From an uncultured Christensenella sp. (GTDB lineage Bacteria > Bacillota > Clostridia > Christensenellales > UBA3700): a stretch of DNA of 64,000 bases. This document shows, piece after piece, positions 1-9,126 of the stretch. The notes below the pieces were generated by a model that saw only the letters and a list, made by a program, of their open reading frames with translations, did not search any database and was not told where the DNA came from. The position numbers and the translations under genes were made by a program. The DNA is taken from assembly GCA_949284695.1 (NCBI GenBank), contig CASDWJ010000045.1:41871-105870 (forward strand), given 5' to 3'. The stretch's first letter is position 1. Every line of letters begins with the position of its first letter.

Positions 1-133
1 CGCTCAACCCGCAACTCAGCGACAGCGAGCGGGGCGTGTTGACCACTTTCCCCGTCACGCCGTAAGACGCGAGCCGCGTATTGAACGACAGGGCGTCGGC
101 ACGGGAGCGGAAGACGACTATTATATCGTTCAT
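1..133 (-). CDS. DUF3343-like small protein (putative S/Se carrier family); 5' part only, runs off the left edge
   Basis: ATG at 133 (complement of cat 131-133) follows an AAGGAGAAG RBS (complement of 136-144). Translation is MNDIIVVFRSRADALSFNTRLASYGVTGKVVNTPRSLSLSCGLS. This shows the short beta-alpha-beta start and the P-x-x-L-S-x-x-CG motif I associate with DUF3343. It is absent from the ORF track because it is truncated. Confidence 0.5.
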   Translation of the reverse strand, partial: MNDIIVVFRSRADALSFNTRLASYGVTGKVVNTPRSLSLSCGLS

Positions 134-212
134 GGGGCTTCTCCTTTGTAATAAAATGTACTCCGCTCCTAATACAATATATTGTCTTATCCGACTAAAG
201 GTGAGGTGGAAA

Positions 213-1355
213 ATGATATATCTCGACAACGCGGCAACAAGCAAGTTCAAACCCAAGTGTATGTTCGACGCCATGTTCTGTCAGCTCGGCGACAGCGCCA
301 ACCCGGGACGCGGCGGGCACAGCGACAGCATCGACTGCGCGATCAGGATAAACGATACACGCGCCGCGCTCAAGGCTCTGACGGGTGCGGACGACGACTA
401 CGGGCTCGTGTTCACGAGCGGCTGTACCGAAGCGCTCAACCTCGCGATTTTCGGCTGTCTCTCCGACAAGACGGGAGGCAACGTCGTGACGACCGTGTAC
501 GAGCACAACTCCGTGCTCCGTCCCTTGAACAGACTGTTGCAGACGGGCATAATTAGCGGGATACGCTACGTCTCCCCGTCCGACCCGTCTCAGAGCGTGA
601 CCGCGCAGGATATCGCCGCGGCGACCGACGGCGACACGAGACTCATCGCGGTAAACCACGTATCCAACGTCAACGGCGCGACCGCAGACGTAGAAAAAAT
701 AGGCTCGTTCGCAAAATCGAAGAATATCCCCTTTCTCGTAGACGGCGCGCAGTCTCTCGGACATCTCAGAGTCGATATGAAAAAATGCAATATCTCAATG
801 CTCGCCGGCGCGGGTCACAAGGCACTGCACGGCAGTCAGGGCACGGGATTTCTGATATTTGAAAAGGACATAAAACTTCATCCGATACGCTTCGGAGGCA
901 CGGGCACGGCGAGCAGCAGTCTGACGCAACCCGAGGACGTTCCCGAAGGACTGGAAAGCGGCACGATGAACACCGCGGGGATCATAGGACTTGGCGCGGC
1001 GGCAAAATGGACGTACGACAACTTCGACAGGATCAACCGCCACGTCGCCTATCTGTCGTCCAGTATGCTGTACGGGCTCAGCAAGATACCTCAGGTGGAA
1101 ATGTACACAAAAACGCTGTCGGACGTGATCTCTTTCAACGTGCGCGGAGCAGATTCCACAGACGTAGCCGACTACCTCAACGACAACGACGTTGCCGTCA
1201 GAAGCGGTCTGCATTGCGCGCCCCTCGCCCATAGATTTCTCGGCACCGAAGAACGCGGAACTGTCAGGATATCTGTGGGATACAACAACAATTCCTACCA
1301 CGTCTCCCGCACTCTCGAACTGATAGAAAAATTCTGTAAATTTTCCTGCCCGTGA
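213..1355 (+). CDS. Class V aminotransferase-fold cysteine desulfurase family protein
   Basis: N-terminus MIYLDNAATS, PLP-lysine region AGAGHKALHG and active-site loop RSGLHCAP. ATG 213 is preceded by a GGTGAGGTGGA RBS. The ORF-track start at 81 is an upstream TTG extension. Confidence 0.85.
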   Translation: MIYLDNAATSKFKPKCMFDAMFCQLGDSANPGRGGHSDSIDCAIRINDTRAALKALTGADDDYGLVFTSGCTEALNLAIFGCLSDKTGGNVVTTVYEHNSVLRPLNRLLQTGIISGIRYVSPSDPSQSVTAQDIAAATDGDTRLIAVNHVSNVNGATADVEKIGSFAKSKNIPFLVDGAQSLGHLRVDMKKCNISMLAGAGHKALHGSQGTGFLIFEKDIKLHPIRFGGTGTASSSLTQPEDVPEGLESGTMNTAGIIGLGAAAKWTYDNFDRINRHVAYLSSSMLYGLSKIPQVEMYTKTLSDVISFNVRGADSTDVADYLNDNDVAVRSGLHCAPLAHRFLGTEERGTVRISVGYNNNSYHVSRTLELIEKFCKFSCP

Positions 1356-1372
1356 TTGTTAAATCAACATTG

Positions 1373-1654
1373 TCAGGACTTCAGCGCACGCATCAGCACG
1401 TCGAGTTTTCTCAGTTGTGCGGGCGACAGAGACGACCTTACCGAATTGTAGAAAAGGTCGAGTTTTTTGTCGTCGAGCTCTCCTCTGCGCCTTGCCGCCG
1501 CGGCTTCTGCAAACAGTTCTTCGAGAAGCGCGTCCTCGCTCATACCGGAGTATGAATCCACCGTGCGGCGCACTTCGTCCGCATTCAAAGCGTCCTCGCC
1601 TCTGCTCCCGATATCGCCGCCGTTGCCGTAAAAACCGCCGTTCTTCTTTTTCAT
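1373..1654 (-). CDS. Hypothetical small protein (93 aa)
   Basis: Internal start MKKKNGGFYGNGG at 1654 has a GGGGAGG RBS (complement of 1661-1668). I recognise no family. Confidence 0.5.
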   Translation of the reverse strand: MKKKNGGFYGNGGDIGSRGEDALNADEVRRTVDSYSGMSEDALLEELFAEAAAARRRGELDDKKLDLFYNSVRSSLSPAQLRKLDVLMRALKS

Positions 1655-1758
1655 ATTCAGCCTCCCCGTTCTATATATGCAAATATGTCCGGAAGCGTTA
1701 ACGAAGATTTTTTTCACAACGCGTATCGCCCGCACGACAACGGGCATAATATGTAAAT

Positions 1759-1998
1759 ATGGATACGAGAGATCTTTTAAAAATCCTTACAGGCGGCACG
1801 ACGCAGGACAAGACGAATCTTTTTTCTGCGCTTGCAAGCGGAGACGCTTCTTCGCTCATTCCCTTCCTCATGAACGCGGGCAGAAAAACCGCGGACGGCG
1901 TAACGCGCGGCGAGACAACTGAGACAAAACTCCCCGACGACAGCGAGATCATATCCGCAATGCAAAAGCTGTCTGAAAGCGCAGATAAAAACGTATAA
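1759..1998 (+). CDS. Hypothetical small protein (79 aa)
   Basis: ORF MDTRDLLKILTGG..., divergent from 1373-1654. No recognisable motif. Confidence 0.4.
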   Translation: MDTRDLLKILTGGTTQDKTNLFSALASGDASSLIPFLMNAGRKTADGVTRGETTETKLPDDSEIISAMQKLSESADKNV

Positions 1999-2020
1999 AA
2001 AAAGCGCCCTTTACGGGCGC
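1996..2020 (-). terminator. Rho-independent terminator of the minus-strand ABC operon
   Basis: Stem gcgccc/gggcgc (2004-2009 and 2015-2020). The plus-strand A-run 1997-2003 gives a U-tract on the minus strand. Confidence 0.7.
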
Positions 2021-2033
2021 GTACCGCATTTGT

Positions 2034-2738
2034 TCAGGAGGCAATTATTGCCGCCTTTATTTTTTCCGCTTCGTTTGCGCAGAACGCAACGTCCCCCCTC
2101 CTCTCATCCCTTGAAAGAGGGATGACGGCATCGTACGTCACCCTGCAAGGAGAGCCGCCCAGCACGACGACTCTGTCGGCGAGGCGAACGCATTCTTCGA
2201 CGCTGTGAGAGACTATCACGACGCTCTTTCCCGAAGAATCGAACAGTTCGAGAAAATACCTCTCGAGCGCGTCTGCGGTCGCTATATCGAGTCCTTTGAA
2301 CGGCTCGTCGGCTATCAGAAGGCGCGACGGATAACAAAATGCCCTCGCAAGCGACACTCTCGCCGCCTGCCCTCCGCTCAGCGTATGCGGATATCTGTCC
2401 GCGCAGTCGCCGAGACCGACCTTTTCAAGCGCTTCCTTCGCTATATTTTCAGCTTCTTTTTTATCTTTATACAGATGAGAGATCGCGAACGTGATGTTAT
2501 TGAGCGCCGTAAGCGACGGCACGAGCCTGTCCTCCTGGAACATATACGAGACGCTGTCCGCGCCGTGAATTTCGCCCATATACGGCAACAGTCCCGCGAC
2601 GGCGTTGAGAAGGGTCGTCTTGCCGCAACCCGACTTGCCGAGCACGCAGAGTATCTCCCTGTCGGCAACGCAGAGCGAGAAGTCGTCGAAAACCGTTTTG
2701 TCTCCGTATCTTACGGTCAGATCGCGTATTTCAAGCAT
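2034..2738 (-). CDS. ABC transporter ATP-binding protein (nitrate/sulfonate/taurine, SsuB/TauB-like)
   Basis: Walker A GKSGCGKTT, signature LSGGQ, Walker B LLIADEPF and H-loop SHS. It overlaps the upstream permease by 8 nt. Confidence 0.9.
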   Translation of the reverse strand: MLEIRDLTVRYGDKTVFDDFSLCVADREILCVLGKSGCGKTTLLNAVAGLLPYMGEIHGADSVSYMFQEDRLVPSLTALNNITFAISHLYKDKKEAENIAKEALEKVGLGDCADRYPHTLSGGQAARVSLARAFCYPSRLLIADEPFKGLDIATADALERYFLELFDSSGKSVVIVSHSVEECVRLADRVVVLGGSPCRVTYDAVIPLSRDERRGDVAFCANEAEKIKAAIIAS

Positions 2739-3513
2739 TTTTCCACCTCATGCAAAGTTTTCCGAGACCGAACACGGCGAGCTCGAGCAACGCGCCGAGC
2801 ACGACGGCGATTATCGTCCAGGCGATAAGCGTCGGGGTCTCGAGATAGAGATTGGCTATCTGCATATCCACGCCGATGCTGTTCCTCGTCTGCGCGAGCA
2901 CCTCGGCGGCGATCGTCAGTTTCACGGTCAGCGAAAGCGTCGATCTTACCGCGGAAAACACTTCGGGAAGCGCGGACGGGATATACAACTTCATCAGCCT
3001 CGTCGCGAAAGGCACCTTGTAGACCTTCGCCATGTCGACGAGCTTTTTGTCTACGCCGGTCACAGCCGTATAAAACGACGTATAAAGCAGAGGAAAGATT
3101 ATCAGCACGGTGACGAGCACGGGTGTGGTCTGCGTCGAAGTCCACAGCAGACACAGCAGTATCACGCTCATCGTCGGCGTAGAACGCATCACAGCTATAA
3201 TCGGCGACAATATCCTCGCGAGAGTCCTGAAGAACGCCGAAGCGACGGCAAGGCCGAGCGCTACGGCGAAGCTGATGACAAATCCCCTTACGGCGCGCAG
3301 AAGGGTCGCCGCGATGTCAATATAAGTCTTTTTATCTGAGAGCAGAACGCCCGCCTGCGAAAAGGTCTCCCCTATCGACGGCAACAGCAGATCGCTGCCG
3401 ACGTACGCCGCCGTCGCCGCCCACAACGCGAGTATCAGGGCGAGCGAAAAAAGCGGATATACAAGCGACGTGATCGCGGTCTTTTTGTCGAAAGAGAGTT
3501 TTCCTTTGTTCAT
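2731..3513 (-). CDS. ABC transporter permease (SsuC/TauC-like)
   Basis: A 260-aa multi-TM protein lying between the binding protein and the ATPase. Confidence 0.85.
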   Translation of the reverse strand: MNKGKLSFDKKTAITSLVYPLFSLALILALWAATAAYVGSDLLLPSIGETFSQAGVLLSDKKTYIDIAATLLRAVRGFVISFAVALGLAVASAFFRTLARILSPIIAVMRSTPTMSVILLCLLWTSTQTTPVLVTVLIIFPLLYTSFYTAVTGVDKKLVDMAKVYKVPFATRLMKLYIPSALPEVFSAVRSTLSLTVKLTIAAEVLAQTRNSIGVDMQIANLYLETPTLIAWTIIAVVLGALLELAVFGLGKLCMRWKNA

Positions 3514-3529
3514 CGGGCAAATTCCGTCC

Positions 3530-4558
3530 TTATTCTGCGATATAATACAGACCGTCGTCGGGCAGTTTGCCGCCGATAGCCTGCGCGTTGATCGCCGCGA
3601 TCGCCTCGAGCATCGCGACGTAATCGTCCTTCGCGTCCGCAGTCTTTACCAGCTTGCAGTTGCAACGCTCGAGAGTCTCTTTGCGGAACGCGGTGTTGAG
3701 AGTGGTCGAGGGATACGCCTTGACGAGTATGTCGTCTACGCTGTCGCTGTTTTCGGTGATGAACGCGCCGTTTGCCGCCATTTTGTCAAGAAGAAGACTG
3801 ACGAAAGCGGGATCGCTCTCGACGACAGACGCCTTGCCGATGAGCACTGCCTGCGGATATCCGAGCGTCTCGCTGCCCGTGTATTGCTTCCAGAGCTGCT
3901 GAAGATCGAACAGTTCGACGGCTCCCGCGTTGGCGAACGCCTTGCTTGCGGCAGGCTCCGCGATGACTCCGATCGCCTCGTTGCCGTTCTTCTTTGCCGC
4001 GGCAAGCTGACTCATCACGCCGCTTCCGTCCTCGACGTAGGTGATGACGACCTTGCCCGCGACTGCTTCGTCGCCCTGTTCATAGACTATTCCCTCGTTT
4101 TTGAGAAGGGTCTGGAAGATATAGTCGGGCACGCTTCCCTGACCTATCGAGAACACTCTTTTGCCCACGAGATCGGAAAGTTCCTTGACCTCGCTGTTCA
4201 CGCCCAGCACGTAGAGGTTGCCCTGCGTTACCGTCGCAAGCAGTCTGATCGCCTGTCCCTTGTTGTAAAGGTTTGCGGCGAGGTTGGCGGGCACTACCGC
4301 GAAATCCGCTTCGAGAGCGCGCGTAGCGATAGCCGACGACTGGACGATCTCGACCTTGCCAAGCTCCGAGAAAGCGCCGTTCTTGTCGATCTCGTCGATG
4401 AGATTTACCGCAGCGAGCGCAGGTGCTCCGTCGGGTACGACCATCGTATAGCCGTCGTTTTGCTGTTCTTTGTCGGTACATGCGACAACGCCGACCGCAA
4501 GCGCCGCGACAAGCGCTATGACAAGCGCGGCAATTACTGCTTTTGAAGATCTTTTCAT
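3530..4558 (-). CDS. ABC transporter substrate-binding lipoprotein (NMT1/THI5/SsuA-like)
   Basis: Signal peptide with lipobox (LAVGVVAC) and periplasmic-binding-protein-like sequence. It is first in the SBP-permease-ATPase order. Confidence 0.8.
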   Translation of the reverse strand: MKRSSKAVIAALVIALVAALAVGVVACTDKEQQNDGYTMVVPDGAPALAAVNLIDEIDKNGAFSELGKVEIVQSSAIATRALEADFAVVPANLAANLYNKGQAIRLLATVTQGNLYVLGVNSEVKELSDLVGKRVFSIGQGSVPDYIFQTLLKNEGIVYEQGDEAVAGKVVITYVEDGSGVMSQLAAAKKNGNEAIGVIAEPAASKAFANAGAVELFDLQQLWKQYTGSETLGYPQAVLIGKASVVESDPAFVSLLLDKMAANGAFITENSDSVDDILVKAYPSTTLNTAFRKETLERCNCKLVKTADAKDDYVAMLEAIAAINAQAIGGKLPDDGLYYIAE

Positions 4559-4595
4559 ATATATGCTCCTTAAAAATTATTTTTCGTCCTGCGCG

Positions 4596-4850
4596 TCACT
4601 CGCCGTCCACGGTCATTACCGCAGACTTGACGTTTACGTCCTCTATCCTGCCCAGCTTGCCGCAGAGCGCGGAAATCTTCTCCGTGTCTCCGTTGACGAT
4701 GAGGCTTATCGTATTTATTCCCGTTGCCTTGTCGGGGATACCCATTCTGCCGACGATTATCTCGCCGTAATCGGACAAAAGGCTCTGCACCTTTTCCACT
4801 CTTTCTCTTCCCGCCTTGAGGACAATGCCGATGACACCGATTTTTTTCAT
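4596..4850 (-). CDS. TM1266-family ACT-like putative regulator (iron-only hydrogenase system regulator family)
   Basis: MKKIGVIGIVL...YGEIIVGRMGIP...ISLIV...ISALCGKLGRI matches my memory of TM1266/TIGR03959-type ~85-aa proteins. ATG 4850 is preceded by an AGGAG RBS. Confidence 0.6.
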   Translation of the reverse strand: MKKIGVIGIVLKAGRERVEKVQSLLSDYGEIIVGRMGIPDKATGINTISLIVNGDTEKISALCGKLGRIEDVNVKSAVMTVDGE

Positions 4851-5140
4851 ATATACTCCTTTTGCGCTTATGCCGCATTTTGGCTTGCGCATAACTGTTG
4901 ACTTTTCCGACCGCGCCGCATTTGCAACTGTCGCGCGTATTTCCTGCCCGCGCCGAATTTTGTCGTCATTATCCGACCCTGCGACCCGTGCCGACCGTTT
5001 TTTGCCTTTATCAGACCTTGTAACACTCTCCGCCCTTAATTGTCTTTATCAATAAGATTTTATATGGCACGTGCTGACAAAATCAACTCTCTTTTCCTCT
5101 CTGCACGCTGTCGGACGGTCGTCCGAGGAGAGCGAAAACA

Positions 5141-5178
5141 ACGTTAAAAATAAAAATTCCGCACGCGAAAACGTGCGG
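5141..5178 (-). terminator. Rho-independent terminator downstream of the S41 peptidase gene
   Basis: Stem ccgcacg/cgtgcgg (5159-5165 and 5172-5178), followed on the minus strand by aatttttattttt. Confidence 0.7.
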
Positions 5179-5333
5179 AGTAAAAACCTTTATCAGCCTT
5201 TCTCTTACTCTCAGAACGCGTCTTCGATGGGGATATGGGTATTTGTTCACGAGCCTTGGGCGAATAAATCCGTCTTTCGGGTCAATGCAATTTTATATTA
5301 TACGGTCGCCGTTGTCAACCGTTTTCTCTGAAT

Positions 5334-6713
5334 TCAGGCGGCTTCTCCCGACTGCGCGGACGAAAAATACTGCGTCGCCTGCAAAAAGCACGGGTCTTCT
5401 GCCATATAATAGCGTCCCGACGCATCCGTCTCTATATCGGGAGTAAGTCCCGAGCCGTGTATATTGACTTCAAACACTGTCTCGCCGTTCTTCTGCGTGG
5501 GGATATAATACTTGCCGTTGGTGATGTAAAGCTCGTATTTTCCGCCCATATACTCTATGACGATCTGCGCAACGCCCTTGCCGTAGGTCTTCTCGCCTAT
5601 CGACTTTATGCCGCAGTAATTGGCAAGCGTCGCTGTCAGGAGCTCGGACGAAGAAGCCGAAGAACCGTTGACGAGTACTACACACTCGAAGCCTTCGACC
5701 TCGTCGTACAGATTGACAGACTTGAGCTGAGTACCGTCGAGGTCGCTCGAATAGGAAGTCTGCGTATAGAAATAGGTCTCCGCCATGTCGCCGCCGCCCT
5801 CGTTGTAGACGTACTTCGCCATCGGAATGCCGTCCGACGTGCCGTCCTGACTGACGAAATAGGACGCTATAAAACCGCATATCATCGTTGAGCCGCCGCC
5901 GTTTCCTCTGAGGTCAAGCACGAGTTTGTCGGGTTTGTCCTCGTCTGCGAGGAACGCGCTGACCGCAGTCGCAAAGTCGTCGGGAGCGGTATCGCCGAAC
6001 TCCTTGAGCTTGATATAACCCACGTCGGAAGGAAGCCCGGTGACCTCGCTGTCGAGGTAGTACGCTACGGGCGAATGGTACATCTCTTTTTGTATCACAA
6101 AAGTATAAGTCGGCTGTATTTCGCTCGCAGAATTAGGACGGGTCACGACAAGTTCTATCGTGTCTCCTACGTTGGAAAGTATCTGCGAAAACGCGTTGTA
6201 ATTGAGGTGTTGCACCTTTTGCCCGTTGATCGAGATCACTTCGTCGCCAACCATAAGGCTCTGACTGCCCTCATAACCGCCCGACAGCACGTTTTTAGCC
6301 TTGGACGCGGGCGATCCCGGCGCGACCTCTGTGATAAAGTAATTGCAGTAGTCGTTGTATGTGAACGTCACTCCTGCCGACATCGTTCTCATCCCCGTGG
6401 GAGAGGACGCGACCAAACCCGTATAGGGATCGACGCTGCCCGCGATCGCCGCCGCGACCGTGTACTGGAACTGCTCCCAGTCTATATCGTCGATATAATA
6501 TTTGTTGAGCGCTTCGAGCACCGTCTTGACCATGGGCATTTCGCTGTCGACCGTTTTGCTTCTGCCGTAAGCAACGCCGCCGAAAAACGCAAGCCCCGCG
6601 ACCACCGCGACGATGAGCACGACGACGATCGCAAAAGTGAGCGTCTTTTTCTTTGACGGTTTTTTCTCTGAGGGATACTCTGTGTAAATATCCTTTTCTT
6701 CAAACATATCCAT
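5334..6713 (-). CDS. S41 family carboxyl-terminal processing peptidase with PDZ domain, N-terminally membrane anchored
   Basis: N-terminal TM helix, a PDZ-like segment (GDEVISINGQKV), and the S41 motifs DLRGNGGGS and GEKTYGKG. Confidence 0.85.
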   Translation of the reverse strand: MDMFEEKDIYTEYPSEKKPSKKKTLTFAIVVVLIVAVVAGLAFFGGVAYGRSKTVDSEMPMVKTVLEALNKYYIDDIDWEQFQYTVAAAIAGSVDPYTGLVASSPTGMRTMSAGVTFTYNDYCNYFITEVAPGSPASKAKNVLSGGYEGSQSLMVGDEVISINGQKVQHLNYNAFSQILSNVGDTIELVVTRPNSASEIQPTYTFVIQKEMYHSPVAYYLDSEVTGLPSDVGYIKLKEFGDTAPDDFATAVSAFLADEDKPDKLVLDLRGNGGGSTMICGFIASYFVSQDGTSDGIPMAKYVYNEGGGDMAETYFYTQTSYSSDLDGTQLKSVNLYDEVEGFECVVLVNGSSASSSELLTATLANYCGIKSIGEKTYGKGVAQIVIEYMGGKYELYITNGKYYIPTQKNGETVFEVNIHGSGLTPDIETDASGRYYMAEDPCFLQATQYFSSAQSGEAA

Positions 6714-6813
6714 AAAGATAGTCTCCTTGAGCGGCGTTTCCGCCCGACTGTAATATTGTGCCCTTAACAGACGACTTTATTATAGCCCCGACAATATTAA
6801 ACGGACGTTAAAG

Positions 6814-7977
6814 TCAGATCCTGTTGACTTTGTCAGCTCTCGCCTGTTCGTAGACGGCTTTTGCGACCGCCGCTCCGACTCTTTCGTCAAACGCCTTGGG
6901 CAGGATGTAATCTGCGGTGAGTTCTTCGTCCGATACGAGACCTGCGAGCGCTTTGACAGCGGCGAGCTTCATATTCTCGGTTATCGCGCTTGCTCTCGCG
7001 TCGAGCGCCCCGCGGAATATGCCCGGGAAAGCGAGCACGTTGTTGATCTGGTTGGGATAATCCGACCTGCCCGTTCCGACGACCGCCGCGCCGCCCTTCT
7101 TCGCCTCGTCGGGATAGATCTCGGGGACAGGGTTGGACATCGCGAACACGATCGGCTTGTCTGCCATACCTTTCACCATATCCGCGGTCACGGTATTCGG
7201 TCCCGAAACGCCGATCAGCACGTCGCTGCCTTCGAGCGCCTCTTTTGCGCCGCCCTTCCTGCCCGACTTGTTGGTCAGTTCCGCAAGCTGAGTCTTGGAC
7301 CAGTCCATACCCTCTCTGCCTTTGTAAAGGATACCCTTTCTGTCAACGAGCACGAGGTCTTTGATGCCTGCCGCAAGAAGAAGTCTCGCTATCGCGCCGC
7401 CCGCCGCACCGGTACCGAGTATAGTTGCGGTGATGTCGCAGAGTTTTTTGCCGACGATCCTGAGCGCGTTGGTAAGAGCCGCGAGCACGACTATCGCCGT
7501 ACCGTGCTGGTCGTCGTGGAAAACGGGAATGTCGAGTTTTTTCTTGAGCGCGTCCTCTATCTCAAAGCACCTCGGCGCGGAAATGTCCTCAAGATTGATA
7601 CCGCCGAAAGTCGGAGCGATCGCGACGCACGCGTCGATGATCCCCTGAGTATCCTGCGTGGAAAGGCATATCGGGAAAGCGTCGACGCCGCCGAACTTCT
7701 TGAACAGACAGCACTTGCCTTCCATTACCGGCATACCCGCAAGCCCGCCGATGTTGCCGAGTCCGAGCACCGCGCTGCCGTCGGTGACGACCGCGACGAG
7801 GTTGTGCTTGCCCGTATAGGTGTACGCGAGGGTCGGATCTTTTGCGATCTCGATGCAAGGCTCCGCAACGCCCGGGGTGTACGCGACAGAAAGGTCGTGC
7901 GCGTTCTGAACGGGCGCTTTGCTTATTACTTCAAGTTTACCGTGCCACTTTTTGTGCATATCCAATGCTTCGCTCAT
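6814..7977 (-). CDS. NAD(P)-dependent malic enzyme (short form)
   Basis: Motifs [26 protein letters not shown] and GTGAAG Rossmann, at a typical 387-aa length. Confidence 0.9.
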   Translation of the reverse strand: MSEALDMHKKWHGKLEVISKAPVQNAHDLSVAYTPGVAEPCIEIAKDPTLAYTYTGKHNLVAVVTDGSAVLGLGNIGGLAGMPVMEGKCCLFKKFGGVDAFPICLSTQDTQGIIDACVAIAPTFGGINLEDISAPRCFEIEDALKKKLDIPVFHDDQHGTAIVVLAALTNALRIVGKKLCDITATILGTGAAGGAIARLLLAAGIKDLVLVDRKGILYKGREGMDWSKTQLAELTNKSGRKGGAKEALEGSDVLIGVSGPNTVTADMVKGMADKPIVFAMSNPVPEIYPDEAKKGGAAVVGTGRSDYPNQINNVLAFPGIFRGALDARASAITENMKLAAVKALAGLVSDEELTADYILPKAFDERVGAAVAKAVYEQARADKVNRI

Positions 7978-8037
7978 ATTGTATCTCCGTAATTATAAAT
8001 TAGTATTTTTGTGTATTATCAATTATTTTTGCAATTT

Positions 8038-9126
8038 TTACAGTTGTCTATTTTTATCGGCATTGATCTTTCTTTCGCTTAGCTTATCGAAATAGTTACC
8101 CACGCAGTCAATTGTCACGTCCGCCAAGTCGCCTTTGGACAAGTCTCCTGCAGGAGCGTACAGCATATTTTCTTCGCGCTTCAAAAGTGCGAGGTTGCCG
8201 TCGCGGGTACTTACTATCGCTATCGTGCGCCACTTTCCCGACTCCGATTTTTTCGCCTTAGCGTCCCCGGGATATACGCATGCGCTTATCAGTTTATTTT
8301 CATAATTGTCCGCGATCGGCGGCACGCACGCGCAGACTTCCTCTCCGTCGTAAAGTTTGACGTAGTATCCGCCGTCCTTTTTCTTCAGATACCCCGACAC
8401 AAAACCGAGATTTTCGTCAAGGCCTCTGACTACGGCAAGGCTTTGCGGGTTTTTGTACAGATTGAAATAGTTGTCGATCTGCTCCACTTTGCCGCCGTGG
8501 ATCACGGCAATCCTGTCACCGAGCGTGCTCGCCTCGATGATCCTGTCCGTCGCATATATGACAACCGCTTTGCTGTCGTACACCGCGCTGTACAACAGAC
8601 CGAACAACACGCGTCGCACGCTGTAATCGATTTTTCCGAATATATTGTCAAGAAGATAGATCTCGCTTTCTCTTATGAAAATACGAGCGAGAAGCACCCT
8701 GCAAAGCTGAACTTCGGTCAGCTCTTTAACTTTGACGTTGAGTAAATCTCCGACTCCGAACAACTCGGACACGTAAGCGAGTCGCGTAGCGATGTAAGCG
8801 TCGTCCGCGTCTCTCAACACAAGCGGTCTGACGATATTCTTGAGCACGCTGACGCGCGGCATAAGACTGCTTTCGTCAAAGCTGTACGTGACGTTCCTTT
8901 GCTCGGGCGGTATTTCCTTCAGCTCTCTGCCGTTGAGCAGAATACTGCCGGAATATTCCTCGAGACCGGCAAGCGCGCGCATAAGCGAAGTTTTGCCCTG
9001 ATTCTGACCGCCGAACACGCAAAGTCTCTCTCCCTGTCTCAGATCGAAGCTGACGTCGCTTACGCCGTCATACCCGCCGTAATACGTCAACGAAAGATCC
9101 TTTACCTTCAAAACTGTGTTTTCCAT
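8038..9126 (-). CDS. MalK/UgpC-like ABC ATPase homologue with degenerate catalytic motifs plus a C-terminal regulatory-like domain
   Basis: Collinear with the MalK fold, but each motif is altered: Walker A GGQNQGKTS, signature LTEVQ (normally LSGGQ), Walker B IYLLDNI (catalytic E is N) and H-loop ATD. No permease or binding protein lies adjacent. Confidence 0.7.
   Translation of the reverse strand: MENTVLKVKDLSLTYYGGYDGVSDVSFDLRQGERLCVFGGQNQGKTSLMRALAGLEEYSGSILLNGRELKEIPPEQRNVTYSFDESSLMPRVSVLKNIVRPLVLRDADDAYIATRLAYVSELFGVGDLLNVKVKELTEVQLCRVLLARIFIRESEIYLLDNIFGKIDYSVRRVLFGLLYSAVYDSKAVVIYATDRIIEASTLGDRIAVIHGGKVEQIDNYFNLYKNPQSLAVVRGLDENLGFVSGYLKKKDGGYYVKLYDGEEVCACVPPIADNYENKLISACVYPGDAKAKKSESGKWRTIAIVSTRDGNLALLKREENMLYAPAGDLSKGDLADVTIDCVGNYFDKLSERKINADKNRQL

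Noticed and set aside
4851-5140. A TPP or SAM riboswitch in the leader of the NMT1-type ABC operon. I also checked 49520-49938.
   Set aside because: Fragments such as GGATAATG occur, but the conserved THI-box (GGGGUGC...CUGAGA...ACCC) and S-box cores are absent. No class could be assigned by eye.
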